Of a DNA stretch of 64,000 bases, positions 1 to 14,625 are shown in pieces; within the stretch, counting starts at the first letter, position 1; the number at the start of each line of letters is the position of its first letter. The stretch comes from Octopus vulgaris (taxonomy: Eukaryota): NCBI GenBank assembly GCA_951406725.2, contig OX597819.1, forward strand, positions 93,992,001-94,056,000, given 5' to 3'. Made by a program: the position numbers and the translations under genes. The notes beneath the pieces were generated by a model. That model was not told the origin of the DNA, ran no database searches, and saw nothing but the letters and a program-made list of their open reading frames with translations.

Positions 1-1604
1 TCTACCAGCAGAAGCCTGAACCACAATTGTGGGACGATGGCTTGTCCAACAGAGAACATTCCAGTTACTTTCAGGTATCCCCTCATATACTTTCAAATGG
101 GTTTCAGAAACATCAAACTTTCCTTTGACTCTTTTATCTCACAGTTTAGATCTTAGTACATCATTAGTATCTTCATTATTTTATTGTCCACTTTTCCTTG
201 ATTACATGAGTTAGACAAAATCAACAGCCAAATGCCCTTCCTGCTGCCAATCCTCACCTGTTTCCAAACAAGTTAATTCTTCCCAGTGGTTGGACATGTT
301 TTCATGAAAGATTGAAAATGAAGGACACTATTTGCATGATGGAGACTCTAGTTTTACAACTGCCACATTGTGTCGAGTCAAGCAATAATACTGCACCAAA
401 TGTTGGAGCATTACTTCTTTGATATTCTAATATAGCTTTGCAGATGATCAGCAACTGATAGGAGTTGTAGAATTTTCTGGTTCCTAAGAGAGGAAGACTC
501 ATATCTGACATGCAACTTAGCACTTCTGTGTATACATATATAGGTTTGTGTGTGGAGGGAGTTGATCATCATGAATGAAATAACTTAGATAAGACTTCTT
601 ATATATTTTCTTAAGCACTAATACAAATCAAGAACCTTGGTAGAAATTATAACACCCCCCCACTCCCATCCTAACCTTATCAGATATTTGTTACAGCAGG
701 ACTTAACCACTTCACCTTTACCTTAAATTTAAATAGTTATGTCTAATATTAACCTGGTCACTATTGTACAAGTAAAGATCACAGGTCAAAACCCAATCCT
801 AGCTAAGAAAGAATATGAAAATTGATACCATTGCATTCATGTGAGTTCTAAAAATGATATATCATTATGTAATATATTTTCTTAATATTTCAAATTTTGT
901 TTTATTTTTGTTTTTATGTATTTGCTTCCTTAAAACCATTTTCTAATCAATGAAAAATAAAGATTCTCAGTTTGTTTCATTCAGTAAATAACACTTTACA
1001 GCATTTTTAGGAACAGCTATGCCTGTTAGATGGTGATGTACTGAGGGACATGCTATATTTTCTAGTAGACAAATCAATATAATTTACAGTGTGAACATGT
1101 ATCTATAAGCATTCAAACATCATCACTGTCTTTCAAAATCCTGTAACATTTCACATAGAATTTTTGGTCCTCCAAAGTTGTCTGGGTGTATAAATCAACC
1201 ATCTATTTTTTGGCCATGAATTTTGGTCTAAAAAATTTGACTTGTATACTGGAAAATGCAGTATGTGCAAACTTCTAAATATATTGAAAGTTGCTTCTAA
1301 ATTGGAGAAAGAAGGCAAAAACTTGAAACTAATAGTCACTCACCCTATGTCCTTGCTATTATTAAAATAAGGAAGATGACTTTAAGAAATTAAGAGTTAC
1401 TGTATATATTCATATATAAGTTGCTTTGTTTTATACTTGATTTTAAATGGAAATACTGTAGTGATACTTTATACATGAGGCAAAACTAAAACTATGAAAG
1501 GGAAAAAATTTGTACCAAGATTTAACACTAAAGTAGGGGTGTGACATATACATGAGTGTGATTTATGCATGGTTAAATACAGTGATATCTGTTATGTAGA
1601 AGTA

Positions 1605-2051
1605 ATAAGCTGGAAGCTGACAGGATCATTAGCATACCAAGTAAAATGTTTAGTGGCAGTTCATCTGTCTTTACATTCTGAGTTCAAATTCCATTGAGGT
1701 TGACTTTGCCTTTCATCCTTTCAGTGTCAATAAAATAAATACTATTAGAGTTCTGGGGTTGAAGTAATTGACTAACCCCCTCCCCCGAAGTTGCAGGACT
1801 TGTACCAAAATTTGAAATCAATATTAGACATTGACTAAGGTGGCAAGCTGGCAGAATCATTAGCATGCTGGGCAAAGTGGTTAATGGCATTTTATCCATT
1901 TGTTCTGAGTTCAAATTCTACCAAAGTCGACTTTACATTTCATCATTTTAGGATTGATAAAATAAGTACCAGTGGATCACTGGGATTGATGTTAATCAAC
2001 ATACCTATCCCCCAAAATTGCTGGCCTTGTACCAAACTTTGAAGCTAATAT
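1605..2051 (+). mobile_element. Two head-to-tail SINE family B copies (~1605-1823 and ~1838-2051)
   Basis: Each has the gagttcaaattc...tttcatc...aagtacc core and a ccaaa.tttgaa tail. Confidence 0.8.
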
Positions 2052-2889
2052 CTATTACGTAGAAGTAATAAATATCTATTTCTTACTCAGTGGACTTTTT
2101 TTTTTCTAGCAGATTAAACATCTCAACTTTGGAATTTTTATCTGATGTTTGTACTTCGTTATGTGCTCATTAGCATAAATATATTTATCCAGACATACCC
2201 TCTCTTAGTAATTGTGTAATAATCCGAACTAAATATTTTCATCATAAAAGAATGTAATACATTCCAGAGCATCATTGCAACACTTGAGAAAAGAAAAAAA
2301 ATCTTCAACAAAGAATTTCCTTTAAACTCTATACAGAGAACTTATAAAATGCTGTAAGGTGTAATTTCCTGTATAAAACATTCTGTCTAAATATTTACTT
2401 AATGATTATTGCTATTTTTGATTTTTGCCAATCTATGAAATCATCACCAAGCCACCATCCTTATTGTCATCATCACAAATATTATTATTATTATTATTAT
2501 TATTATCATTAAAAGAAATCATCAACAGCAGCAGAAGCAGCATCTTCATCATCATTATCATCATGATCAACATCATCATCATCATTATTATTATTATTAC
2601 TATTATTATTATTATTGTTATTGTTATTGTTATTATTATTATTATTATTATTAAGAAGCGTTTTACTTTGTTCAATTTCTTTTAATTTTTAGTTAACTTT
2701 TCTGGAAAATTCACATAAGGCTGTAGAAACTGGATGCTTAATGTTACAATGTCAAAAGTTTATTAACACCTGATTTCTTTTAAATTGTAAAAGACAATGA
2801 ATTTTTTAATGTTTTCCCAATGATTTTTTCTAATTAAGTATAAAAATAATATTAATTTATCTTTTTTCTTTCCTTTTAATTTTAGCTGT

Positions 2890-3031
2890 TACATACTTGC
2901 ATACATAATTATGCACATGCATACATACATATATACATACATGCACATATATATATATATACACACACATACATATGTGTGTGTGTATCTGTGTGTATAT
3001 ATGTATATATATATATACATGTATATATATA

Positions 3032-3089
<58 letters not shown>

Positions 3090-3230
3090 CATATATATAT
3101 ATATATATATACATATATATTATATATATGTATGTTATATATATGTATATACACACACATATATATATATACATATATATGTATGTATGCGTGTATATAT
3201 ATATGTATATATATGCATATGTATGTATTT
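2890..3230. repeat. Compound (TA)n/(TG)n microsatellite, representative of many (e.g. 4516-4712, 27346-27582, 28064-28407, 28890-29116, 29372-29655, 36800-37230, 43940-44195, 51912-52110, 60860-61200)
   Basis: Directly visible; these tracts generate the IYIY/CVCV/HTHT ORFs in the track. Confidence 0.97.
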
Positions 3231-4644
3231 ATTTTACGTCTATTTTTTTCATAAGATTTATTGCAATGTATGTCAGATTTACGGCTAAAACTGTATGCCA
3301 GATTATGTCTCAACCGTATGTCCCTTAATATGTATCTCTATGTATATATATCTTTTTAAATGTCTGTGTTTTCTGCCTTACCTGTTAATTTTTCAATTAC
3401 CTGCCCAACTGTCAACTTATATATCTTTACATAGGCATTTGGGGGGGGGTCTTTTTTATGCATGTTTTATGTTTAGTATTATATTTTATCACTTCCGAAG
3501 CATTCTTTTCCCCCATCAATGTATGATACTCTTTATTCTTCATTGGTAATGGACACTAAAAATGTCATCTTATATTTAAAGTAAGCACCATGATAAGCAA
3601 TTATTCCATTTGCCTCAATCAACCTACCTGTTAAGTAGTTAACTCTCCTTACATACATCCTATGATTAGAGTTTAAAAGGTAATTCGGTTGTAAAACACA
3701 TACTCAAATTCAATACGGGAGTTTTAACATTGAGATAGTAAGGTTGTCTGTCAACTCTTATTTGAAATGATCTTTACTTAAGGATAGATTATTTATCAGT
3801 ACATGTTTATCTTTTTTTTATTATTTATATATACTTATTTATTTATTTATTTTTCTATATTATTACCAGTCGCTGTTAGGTTGTGAGTAGAAGTTGACTA
3901 CACACACCGGTGACTGTTCTATTGAAATATGACTGGCTTCTCTTTTGCATTTGCTTGTCTGTAGGTTTTTACTGCTTGGAAAGAATTTCCTCTCTATCTA
4001 CAAGATTACAGTGTGTCGTCGTTATCATAATTTCCTCAGTAAAATGATTAAACACAGATTAATGAACAAGCCAAGATATTTTCCTTCTTTTGATGTAAAA
4101 TAATTGAAGGATTGTCAAATAACCTTGTAGTCCTACTTCTTATGAAATGTTCCCAAGTAACTGAAATTGGTGATTTTTTTTCCCTAATCCCTCCATTGTT
4201 GAATATAGTTCCATTATTGGTTTTACTGTCAGTCTATGTTTATGCTATATGTGCTGTGTGAGTTTATATTTTGCTTTAAAGATATATCATCATCATCACC
4301 ATTGCCATCATCATCATCATCATTTAATGTCCCTATTTTTATACTGGTATATATTGAATAGCTCTAAAGAAACTCACAAGCCAGAAGGCTGAGCCAAGCT
4401 CCACCCTCTGCTTTGGTTTGGTTTATACAGCTAGATGCTCTTCCAAATGCCAACCACTTTACAGAGTGTACTAGATGCTTTTACCATGGCACTGGCAAGG
4501 TCACAAAACAAGAGTCATATATAATATATATATATGTGTAATATATATATAATACATATATGTATGTATATACACACACATATCTATACACATATATGTG
4601 TGTGTGTGTATATATATATGTCTGTGTGTGTGTATATATATATA

Positions 4645-4705
<61 letters not shown>

Positions 4706-4714
4706 ATACATATA

Positions 4715-4877
4715 GGTGCAGGAGTGGCTTTGCAGTAAGTAGCTTGCTTACCAACCACATGGTCCCAGGTTCAGTTCCACTGTGTGGCACCTTGGGAAAG
4801 TGCCTTCTACTATAGCCTCGGGCTAACTAAACCCTTGTGAATGGATTTGGTAGACGGAAACTGAAAGTAACCCATCG

Positions 4878-4914
<37 letters not shown>

Positions 4915-5047
4915 TTCTACAGCTGGATGCCCTTCCTAACGCATATATATATATATATATTTTGTCTGTGTTTGCCACTCCCCCCATCATCACTTAACAA
5001 CCACTGTTGGTGTGTTTACATCCCCATTACCTAGTAGTTCAGCAAAA
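4715..5047 (+). mobile_element. tRNA-derived SINE family A copy (3' truncated)
   Basis: Head ggtgcaggagtggc...ggttcagttccac with A/B-box-like motifs, followed by ccttgggaaagtg. Many copies occur in the window. Confidence 0.85.
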
Positions 5048-5599
5048 ATGTGTTTTTTTTCACGTGCCACCAGCACAAGTGCTAGTAAGACAACACAGTT
5101 GAGTTGGAGGTTAAAATAACCATCTAAGGGATAGAAGTATCCATTACACTTCAAGTATATTACCTATATTCTATATTTAACCATGTGTATACATATGCAA
5201 ACATATTATGCTCATAAGTTATAGGTAAATACAAGGGTAATATATATATATGCTTTCCTTATTACCACATTGTTTCAAGTTCATGGCACCTTATATGAAT
5301 GTATTTTACTAAGGCCCTGGGTCAAGCAGTGCCTTATGAGTAAATTTGGTAGATGGAAGCTTTGTAGAAATTTGTTGTGCATGTGTGAGTGTGTACCTTT
5401 ATATTTGCCTTGGATCACTTGGCAACTGGTATTAGGATTTTTTACTTCTCTGTAACTTCGTGGTTTGGCATAAAAAGTCAAAGAGAATAAAATTAGTATT
5501 AGTGTCAATTTGATCAACTCGATCTTCCCAAACAGTGCTCCAGTATAGCCACAGTTTCATGATGGAAACAAGCAAATGAATAAAAGGATATTATGTTAG

Positions 5600-5935
5600 A
5601 TAAAGTTTTAGAGATAAGGAAATTCAACCAAAATCTGACTTACTACAAATACTTAGGGATTAATAGACCAGAAAGTGTACAGCATACGCAAATGAAAGAA
5701 TATTTTAAGGATTATTAAAAATGCATTAGATTAATATTAAACTCTGAGCAAGATACTAAAAATAAAGTAATAGGTGTCAATACTTTAGTTGATCCAAAAA
5801 TAACTAGTAGTTATAATATTCTACACTGGAGTCTAAGATAATTTGATAGACTAGATAGGAAAACAAGAAAAATATTAAATATATTTATAATGCAACATGC
5901 TGATATAGGAAAATTCTATTTACTATGAACAAATA
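5600..5935 (+). pseudogene. Dong/R4-like LINE ORF fragment (region after the RT domain), degenerate
   Basis: Reads YKYLGI...ILNSEQDTKNKVIGVNTL...YNILHWS...DRLDRKTRKIL, with in-frame stops. Confidence 0.7.
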
Positions 5936-7116
5936 GGTGAAGAGATGTCAACTAAGGGTTAGATTTTGTTGCTTACAAACGTTAGGTCATGGGTTCAATT
6001 TTAAGGTTGGGCAGTGTTTTGTATCAACTTTTGAAAACATTTTTATCATATTCAGGGTTATTCAAGTAAGGAATAACTAGACATATTAGTTGTTGGTTAT
6101 CAGGGCGTGCATACTTCAAAAACTCCATGCTCCCCAAAAGTCAATAGCACAACTCATGATGTGCCACCACAAGATCCTGTACTTGTTCTAGTGTGGTGGT
6201 TTGTGTTCCTCAATGATCCAAAGAGTTATGCCAGTAAAGTGCAAGCTCCCAGCAGGATCTCACATGTAGGACAAGTCAGAGGGTAGAGGTCAAACTAATA
6301 TGGATCATCTCTTCCCAGAGGCACAAGTGGGTTTGTGTAGGGATAACACTCCTACCTTGGTAAAAAATGAATACAAAATTATTGAAGATCAAAAATAATT
6401 TAAAACGAAAAAGTCCTGGGAGCAAAGGGCCTTCCCTCGCAGAAACCTCAGAAAGACAACCCAGAGTCAAGAACTTCCCAAAGAGCATAAAGAGCTTAAG
6501 TAAGTGCTCCTTATATGCCCATGCACCCTTTCTTCTTTATGGCCCTGTTACTATTAATTTTTCTCTCTTTTTGTGTCTTATTCAGTGTACTGTACATATA
6601 CTTTTAGCTATCATTATTGCCTTTCTTCATTTGACATATTACTGTCTCTTGTCCCCTCTTTCACTCTTTTCTGATAAGTTGTAGTACACTTGAGCATTGA
6701 ATACAAGAAGTTCATAATTTTCATTTCACGTTGCTCCAGTAAAATGAATACCATTGTCACCCTGTGGGTTAATCAAGTGACAGATTAGCATTCCATTCAA
6801 TGAGTTTCGTTTACTCTCAGAATAAATGCCTAGATAAGCTCAAAGACAAAACAATGGAAATGAACAAAGAGAATATAGGTCTTCTAGAACAAGAAAACTG
6901 TTATAAAATATGTTTTATAAACCTACAAAAATGAATAATAAATAACAAAGAGGAATTAATATAAATCGCTACAAAATATTAGTTTATTTCACCAAACTGT
7001 TGAGTTATCAAGTTACAGGGATGTAAGCAAACCAACACCAGTAATTAAGCAATGATGAGGGACAAACACAGACACATACTCATTGATACATATATATACA
7101 TACATACATACATACA

Positions 7117-7168
<52 letters not shown>

Positions 7169-7173
<5 letters not shown>

Positions 7174-7601
7174 AAAAAGCACCAAAAATATCACAAAAAT
7201 CGTTACTCAGAGTTTCACGTTCCCATTTGTCGGACAGTTTGTTTAGAAAGTTGCTAGGAGTGAGGACTTGCCCTTGGCAATTAGGGTAATTTGACCTGTT
7301 GGGGTTTCTTGATATTAGAGCTGTTTTAATAGAATTATAGATTAATGTTGGGCCCTTACACTTGTTGGTAGCAGTCCAGAGTGTTCATGTCTTGAGACAG
7401 CACTGTTTGATTGTCCCTTAAAAAGCTATTCCATTACTGGAAGATTTAATGCCATTTCTTTCTATACATGTTGGTTTTTTACCATATTCATTTCTGTGTA
7501 AACTCTCACTGCTTTTGTAATTAATCCTAAGCAAAACTGTCTAATGAACAGGAATGGGAAACTCTAACAGTTTTTGTGATATTTTTGCTGCTTTTTAATA
7601 A
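7169..7601. mobile_element. Penelope-like element remnant with ~70-bp inverted terminal copies, each holding a degenerate hammerhead
   Basis: 7169-7241 is an imperfect reverse complement of 7533-7601. Motifs are aaactgt-CCGACAA-atg ggaa cgt-GAAA-ctctgag-ta (minus) and aaactgt-CTAATGA-aca ggaa tgg-GAAA-ctc-ta-acagttt (plus). Confidence 0.5.
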
Positions 7602-7901
7602 AGCATATTACTCTACCTCTGGTATTCAAGTACTATTTTTTTCCACCTTGTTTCACTTCCACAGTTTCTCACAAAGCATTAGTCAACCAGAGACTATAGT
7701 AGAAAACACTTGCACAAGTTTTCACACAGTGGGGCATGACTGAAAACCATGTGGTTGGAAAGCAAGCCTCTTAACCACATAAGCTGAGGCCAAAGAGTCT
7801 GCCATAAACTACTAAAACTATACATATTAATTAACGAAGGGACCTCTAATAGGTTGTTTAACCAGCTAGAAATTCCAACTAAATTTTCTTTTCTTACCTT
7901 C

Positions 7902-8114
7902 TTAATCCTTTGGCATTCAGATTACTCTCTGAAGTATAATGCTTTTTTATTCAAATTGTTTTGAATTAATCATGCATTATGTCATAGCTTTGACATTTCA
8001 TTGATTACAATGGCATTGTAGGTAGGAGTGCGAGGTCAGATCTAGCTGGTATCAACATAAAAACAGGTAAAATATTTGGGCCTGATATGGTTGGTTTAAA
8101 TGTTAAAGGGTTAA
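7902..8114 (+). mobile_element. TTAA-flanked MITE (piggyBac-like ends), nested in another repeat
   Basis: ttaa-tcctttggcatt...aatgttaaaggg-ttaa. Similar copies occur at 12813, 35371 and 61460. Confidence 0.75.
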
Positions 8115-8268
8115 ACAAGGAAAGACTACATCATTAGATGCTTCTAAGAAGACTTGTTGATCATGGCTAGAATGCTTTTGGCCATAAGTCTACTTACACA
8201 TGGCTGACCTGCAGTTACATCAATAACAAGAAAATATTTATAATGAATCAGAGTACAAATAGTAACAA

Positions 8269-8888
8269 TGTGGTGGAGGCAGGGACGAAGAAGCAATTTA
8301 TCACATTAGTTCTGGTTGCTCAGTTTTAGCCAAAGCAAAATATATATGAGACTTGTTTCATGAACTTGAAACTATGCCAGAATTATGGAATATGTACAGG
8401 AAAAGAGATGACAGGGAAATTACAAGGATTAATTACAAAAGCAGTGAGAGTTTACACAGAAATGAATATGGTAAAAAACCAACATGTATAGAAAGAAATG
8501 GCATTAAATCTCCCAGTAATGGAATAGCTTTTTGAGGGACAATCAAACGGTGCTGTCTCAAGATATGAACACTCTGGACTGTGGACAAGTGTAAGGGCCC
8601 AACATTAATCTATTTATGTTTTTGTGTGTGTAGGGAGCTTCTGTGCTTTACCCAGGGGACTATTAGGAAAAAGAAAAGGATCAGCATGGGTCGCACAGCT
8701 GAAGAAAAGAAGACGAAAGGAAGAGAAAGAATCGAGCCTTTTTTTTTTTGTGGACTGAGAGGCTGGTTTATTAGAGAACCCCTCTACACATTTTTTTTTT
8801 GACCAGGAGGAGGTAGTAAGGTTATAGAGCCTTGCTTCGGTCGAGAGCAAATAATATAAATTTTGTCCTATTGTAAAACAACCCTACA
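8269..8888. mobile_element. Possible solo LTR
   Basis: Starts TGTGG and ends CTACA, flanked by a near-identical 5-mer aacaa/atcaa. Less AT-rich than its flanks. No second copy is present in the window to confirm it. Confidence 0.35.
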
Positions 8889-11870
8889 ATCAACAGATCA
8901 AATTACCCTTATTGCCAAGGGCAAGTCCTCACTCCTAGCAACTTCTCTGTCCTACAGGAACATGTTGAGACTAGGTTCACCACTGCCTGCCAACTTTCCG
9001 CAAATTCATTAAAGCAAAAGACCTATCTCTTCATAGCACCTTCTCTAAGTAGTTTTTGATGAAGATGGTGAGAGCTTGACTAAAGAGAGAAATGCATGTG
9101 TCCTCAATCTTTTCACACTGTCTTTTAGACAACATATTTTGACATAGTCACCAAAAAGAGAAAATTTGCATTCCCTTCTTGGTTTAGAGTCATCTGATAG
9201 CCAAATACATACTATAACCATCAACAGCTGCTCAATAATAATAATCCTGTCTACTAAAGATACAAGGCCTGAAATTTGGAGGAGGGGGACTAGTTGCTTA
9301 CATCAACTCCAGTGCTCAACTGGTACTTATTTCATTGACCCTGAAAGGATGAAAGGCAAAGTCAGCCTCAGCAGAATTTGAACTCAGAATATAAAGACAG
9401 ACCAATAATAATAATAATAACAACAACAACAACAACAATAACAACAATAATAATAATAAATGCCCTGATGCAGTACCAGGCAGTGGCTCTCATGGCTTCT
9501 GATTTTAACTGATTGGAAGTGCTATCATGTACATTGTTTTGTCTTGGTATAAAAAATGGGCTACAGCAAATATTCTGCTCAATACCACAGATTTGCTTGT
9601 CAGTTGTTTGACCTTAACCAATTGAGCATGTTACTTAGTAGCTGACGATAGGTAATCTCTGATTACAAGCAGAAGTAGTGGGGGAGCATCATAGCCGTGT
9701 GTTGAAAGGAATGCTTGGAAGTTTGGATTATTCACTTTTGGAAACATGGGTGTTTCGTTCAACATCCTTAAACAATCCTTATTCAGGGACCTTTTGAGCG
9801 GGATGGGCTACTCAACATGAAGAAAATTCTAACTGGGCCTCACCTGCAAGGTCATGCGCTGTTTATCTTGATATGAGATCACCATGTCGTGCACATATGG
9901 TTGTGATGCATGTGCCTGGTGTACCGTTATCAGACAGGTAGTCATGGTGGGTATACTGGGCTTCGTATATTTTACCCCAGTGTCACTTTGATGGCATGCA
10001 CTGCTCTCTCACTCAATAATAATAATAATGATAATAATAATTCTTTCTATTATAATTACAAGGCCTGAAATTTGGGGAGTTGGGGTTAGTCAACTACACA
10101 GATTCAATACTTGACTGATACTTTATTTTATTGATCCCCAAAAGGATAAAAGATAAAGTCGACCTTGACACCATTTGAACTCAGAATGCCAAACCAGAAG
10201 AAATACTAATAAGCATTTTTTCTGACATGCTAAACAATTCTGCTAATCCACAACTCTAGAAATAATAACAGACTCTTGAGGAGGGACTAGCTGATTATAT
10301 TGACCCAATCATTTGACTGGTATTTTATTTCATCAATCACAGTGAATGAAAAGCAAATTTGTCTTTAGCAGGATTTAAAGCTGAAATGTAAAGAGTCAAA
10401 ACTGATAATTTAAGGCATTTTGTCTAATATTCTAATGGTTCTGTTAATCTGCCACACTAATAATTTCATGTATAGACTAAAGTCTAGAACTTCAGAAGAA
10501 AAGAACACTCAGCTATATCAACCCTAATGCTTGATTGGTTCTTATTGTATCAATTCATAACAATTGTTTCAAACATTTCAAACTAGGCCTAAAATTTCGG
10601 AGGGTATGGGCTATTTGATTAAATCACCTTCAGTACTTGAGTGGTATTTTATTTTATTGACACCAGATAGATAAAAGGTGAAGTCAGACTTGGCAGGATT
10701 TGAAATCAGTGTGCATTGAGCCACAGCAAATACCACAATGCTTTAATGATTCTGTTAATCTACTCCCATTATCAAATGAAAATAATTTACTTTTCTTTCA
10801 ATGTGTTGCATGGTAAAATAGCCTGACTGATTGCCTCTTATTGCTGTGTACTTTGTTTTGTCACTGGTGAATCAGTAAATTTCTTTAGTGCATATCTGAA
10901 ATGAGAAAGGGATTGTTTCAAGGCTGCTATTATATTCTTTGTTTTTAAGAATATTTTGTTAATTAGAATTTATAATGTGCTGAACAAAATTGCCTTGAAG
11001 TATTTAGTTAGATCCACAGAGGATCAACCCTGACTTTCATCTGTCCAAGGTCAATAAAATAAGTACCAGTCAAATATTGGAGTTGATTTTAATCAACTGT
11101 GCCCTCCCATCAAATGTGTTGCCTTGTGCCAATGTTCAAATTCAGTATTGTTGCTTTTATAGCAGTTGCTTTGATATGGTTGTTGAATTCTCAATGAGGC
11201 AAGTCTTTGGTGCATATTTGATTATAAATTTAAACAATTTTCTTTCATTTACATTGAGGTTGTTCTTTCACTCCTGTGAGAGTGCTTGCACTTGAAACTC
11301 TTGGACAGTATTCCTTTGAAATAGCTCGTTATTAATTTTTATGGTTATTATTCTAATCTGTGTGGTTGTAATAGTAGTCGCAGAGGTTGGGGTCTAATTT
11401 TGCTTGAAATAAAGAGAAGAAAGCAGATACAAGGTCAATTGCTAGGTGTACATTTTCTATTTGTATTTTGACATTATGTGATGTTTTATCAGGATGTTAT
11501 GAAAATGTCCAATAGTGCATGTAGAAACAGTGGATCAGCAAACAACTGGTAACATTATTATGGTAATACACTTGGTAATAACCAATTGGCATAGGTCTAC
11601 TTCCTACAAGATCTTCTTACTAATTTATTCATTATTTTTTTGATACATTATGCATGGTATCCATATGTGTGTATATACAGATATATATATATATGGATAT
11701 ATAGACAGACAGATGCCGACATGATTGTGTAAAGAAATTCACTTTAAGACTGTATGGTTTAGGGACTGTTCGCATTGTGTGTCGCCATCAGCTGATGTCT
11801 ACTACTATAACCACAGGCTAATCAGTGCTGTGCATGAGTGAATTGGTCATGAGAAACTGTAAGGAGTATG

Positions 11871-11911
<41 letters not shown>

Positions 11912-12812
11912 GTTGCCATATGAGATATGTCCATCTCATGAAATACCAGGAACAGTGTGAGAATTTTAAGAGAAATTCCTACCCTGCTTCTGACTTCTGA
12001 TGAAAACAATGGGTTCTATACACCCATAAAACTTTAAGTCATGTGGATCTGAGTCAAACTGTTATTAATATATATATTAGGTGCAGGCATGGCTGCATGG
12101 TAAGAAGCTCGTTTCTCAACCACATTCAAAAGGCCACCCTTGTCACATTTTGTATTATGCTGAATCTCCCTGAAAACTGCATTAAGTGTACATGTATCTA
12201 CGGAGTGCTCAGCCACTTGCACATTAATTTCATGAGCTGGTTGTTCTGTTGATTGGATCAACTGGAAATCTTTTCGTCAGAACTGACAAAGTGCCACTTT
12301 ATATTTGTACGCATGAACGTACACATACATGCACACAGACACCCATGTATATATATATATATATATATATGTTGAAGGAAATAATAAAGAAATTATTTTA
12401 CATATATTCAGAGTGATTATAAAAAGTAGACCCTTTAAGAATATTTTCAATAAATCAACAATAAAATTTTATTTCAGTAGCACTATTTAAATACTTAACT
12501 AAGTTTAAAAGTTTTCTTTTGTAATCTCCAATATAAATAATTAATTCAGGTGATGTACCAAAAACATATGCAAAAATTCTCAATGAATTGAAATTTGCCT
12601 TTTTAGTTGGGAACAAAATAATATTGTAGCAGCAATTCTTGAAGAAAACAGAAGATAATTTCAAAGAATAATGAATCATTAATATCACATAAAATTTAAT
12701 TTTTCTAGCTTCGAGAGAATATTTGAAGTTTATTTAAAAGTAAGGTGACAGCTATAGACAAGTTTTTGGTTTTGTTTGACCTTATCAGTGAAGGAAAGTC
12801 TCCTCAAACCAG

Positions 12813-13041
12813 CTAACCCTTTAACATTCAGATTTCTTTGTCACATATAATGCTTGTTTATTTACATAGCTTTGAATTAATCAGGTATTATCTTGTAGCT
12901 TTAATATTGTAATGATGTGATCGTATATTTTTAGAATGACATTGTAGGTTAAGTGTGAGAGGTTTGAGCTGGTCAGTTTTAACATGAAACAGGTAGAATA
13001 TTTCAGGTTGGATATGGCTAGATTAAATGCTAAAGGTTTAA
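12813..13041 (+). mobile_element. TTAA MITE copy
   Basis: Same internal sequence as 7902-8114, with ends ccctttaacatt / aatgctaaaggt. Confidence 0.75.
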
Positions 13042-13091
13042 TTAGAAAACATACAGTTTAACAAATATAAAGAGTTAAATCCGTTTGTATT

Positions 13092-13169
<78 letters not shown>

Positions 13170-13576
13170 CTAAATTGTTACAAAAGTGAGATAAGGGAAA
13201 TAATTCTAGTGGGCCCATAGCATGAAACTGTGAGAACAAGTACTAAGGTACTAATTTTTAAAAAGATAAATACTGGGGGTTGACTTGTTCAACTAAAACC
13301 CTTCAAGGCAATGCTCTGGCATGGCCACAATCCTATAACTGAAACGAGTAACAGATAAAAGATAGTTAAAAAGTAATACAAAATTTAACAGAACTTCATG
13401 ATGTAATTATCAAATTAAAACAATTTTGGGGCTGATATTTCCAAACATGCTTGTGTAGTGATATCTGATTTTGTTTTTGAGTGGCCTTCCTCTCAGCCAT
13501 TAGTCAAAGGGATTAGTATTTGATCTCCTAAGTAGCTATAATGACTCTACAGCCTTGAATAGTGTTTTGCTATAAC

Positions 13577-13615
<39 letters not shown>

Positions 13616-14220
13616 CATTACTGTAATTTTCCCATCCAAATTCTCTCTCAAACTATTAATAATAATAAAAATAAACAAACAAAAAAGCTCTGAAAGGGCT
13701 CCAGCTTTTCTGAATGGGAGTTTGTAAATGTTATGGTTATTTTGACAATTAAAGTAATACATGAATCGCTAGTATTTCAATGACATTAGCCAAATTAACA
13801 ATGCACTCACAAACATATAACTTTAAATCAACTGAACTGATGGATATAAAAAAAATATTCAAAATTTTGAAAATAATGCAATTATTATTTTTTTGTTTTT
13901 GATAATATTTTATTTTTTTTATATTATTAATCAATGCTAACTTCGATTAGTTTACATTAAAATAGATTACATAAAATAATTGAATAAAATGTTCAGATTT
14001 TATGGCCACCTAGTATAAAGACAAACACATTTGCACACAGACACATACAAGCGCTTTTGTACTTGATTAGAATATTTTTACGAACTCATAAAAATGAAAC
14101 TATGTGTGTGTATGTGTGAAGGAGAAGAAGATGGCCAAGTGGATAAGATTTTGAACTAACTGCTTTTGTATAATAAGTTCAAATCTAGTGCTGGCCAATG
14201 TTTCTGAACCAGCATGCATT

Positions 14221-14625
14221 TTTACCTCTGCCAAAGAAGAGGTTATGTTTTCACCGGCGTTGGTTTGTCCGTCTGTCCGTCTGTGTGCAAAATAACTCAA
14301 AAAGTTGTGAACGGTATTTAATGAAACTTGCAGAAAAAGTTGGTAATGACACAAGAAACAGATGATGAAATTCTAGTAGTGATTTGGGAATTTTTATGGA
14401 TTCTTGAAGGATTTTTCATTTGTTATATTTACTTTACATGAAGTATTACAATGTTACGTTCTTTGATTATCTCCCTTGAAAACACATTCATCGTTTCCAC
14501 GTAACCTATGGTGGTATTACTGTTTCCAAAGTTTATTTTCATTTCTCTGTCAGTAATTTTACTCGTGTATTTATCTTAAATTGAGTTTGGCAGAGGTCTG
14601 TGCTCTCCGAGTGCTTTTCTAGTTT
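14221..14625 (+). mobile_element. Non-autonomous Helentron/HINE-like (Helitron-related) element
   Basis: Subterminal inverted repeats acctctgccaa (14224-34) and ttggcagaggt (14587-97), an internal gtcc/gtct microsatellite, a 3' hairpin gtgctc-tcc-gagtgc followed by CTAG, and T-rich flanks. Confidence 0.7.

Noticed and set aside
2425-3328. Long ORFs rich in I/Y/C/V/H/T here and throughout the track
   Set aside because: They are translations of (TA)n, (TG)n and (ATT)n microsatellites, with no protein-like composition or splice context.
3965-4103. Acceptor-like ctgtAG followed by FLLLGKNFLSIYKITVCRRYHNFLSK, faintly like a third exon 12
   Set aside because: It lacks the GxKFC and FDSLLW...TxFQ motifs, has no matching donor and runs into a stop. 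The similarity is at chance level.
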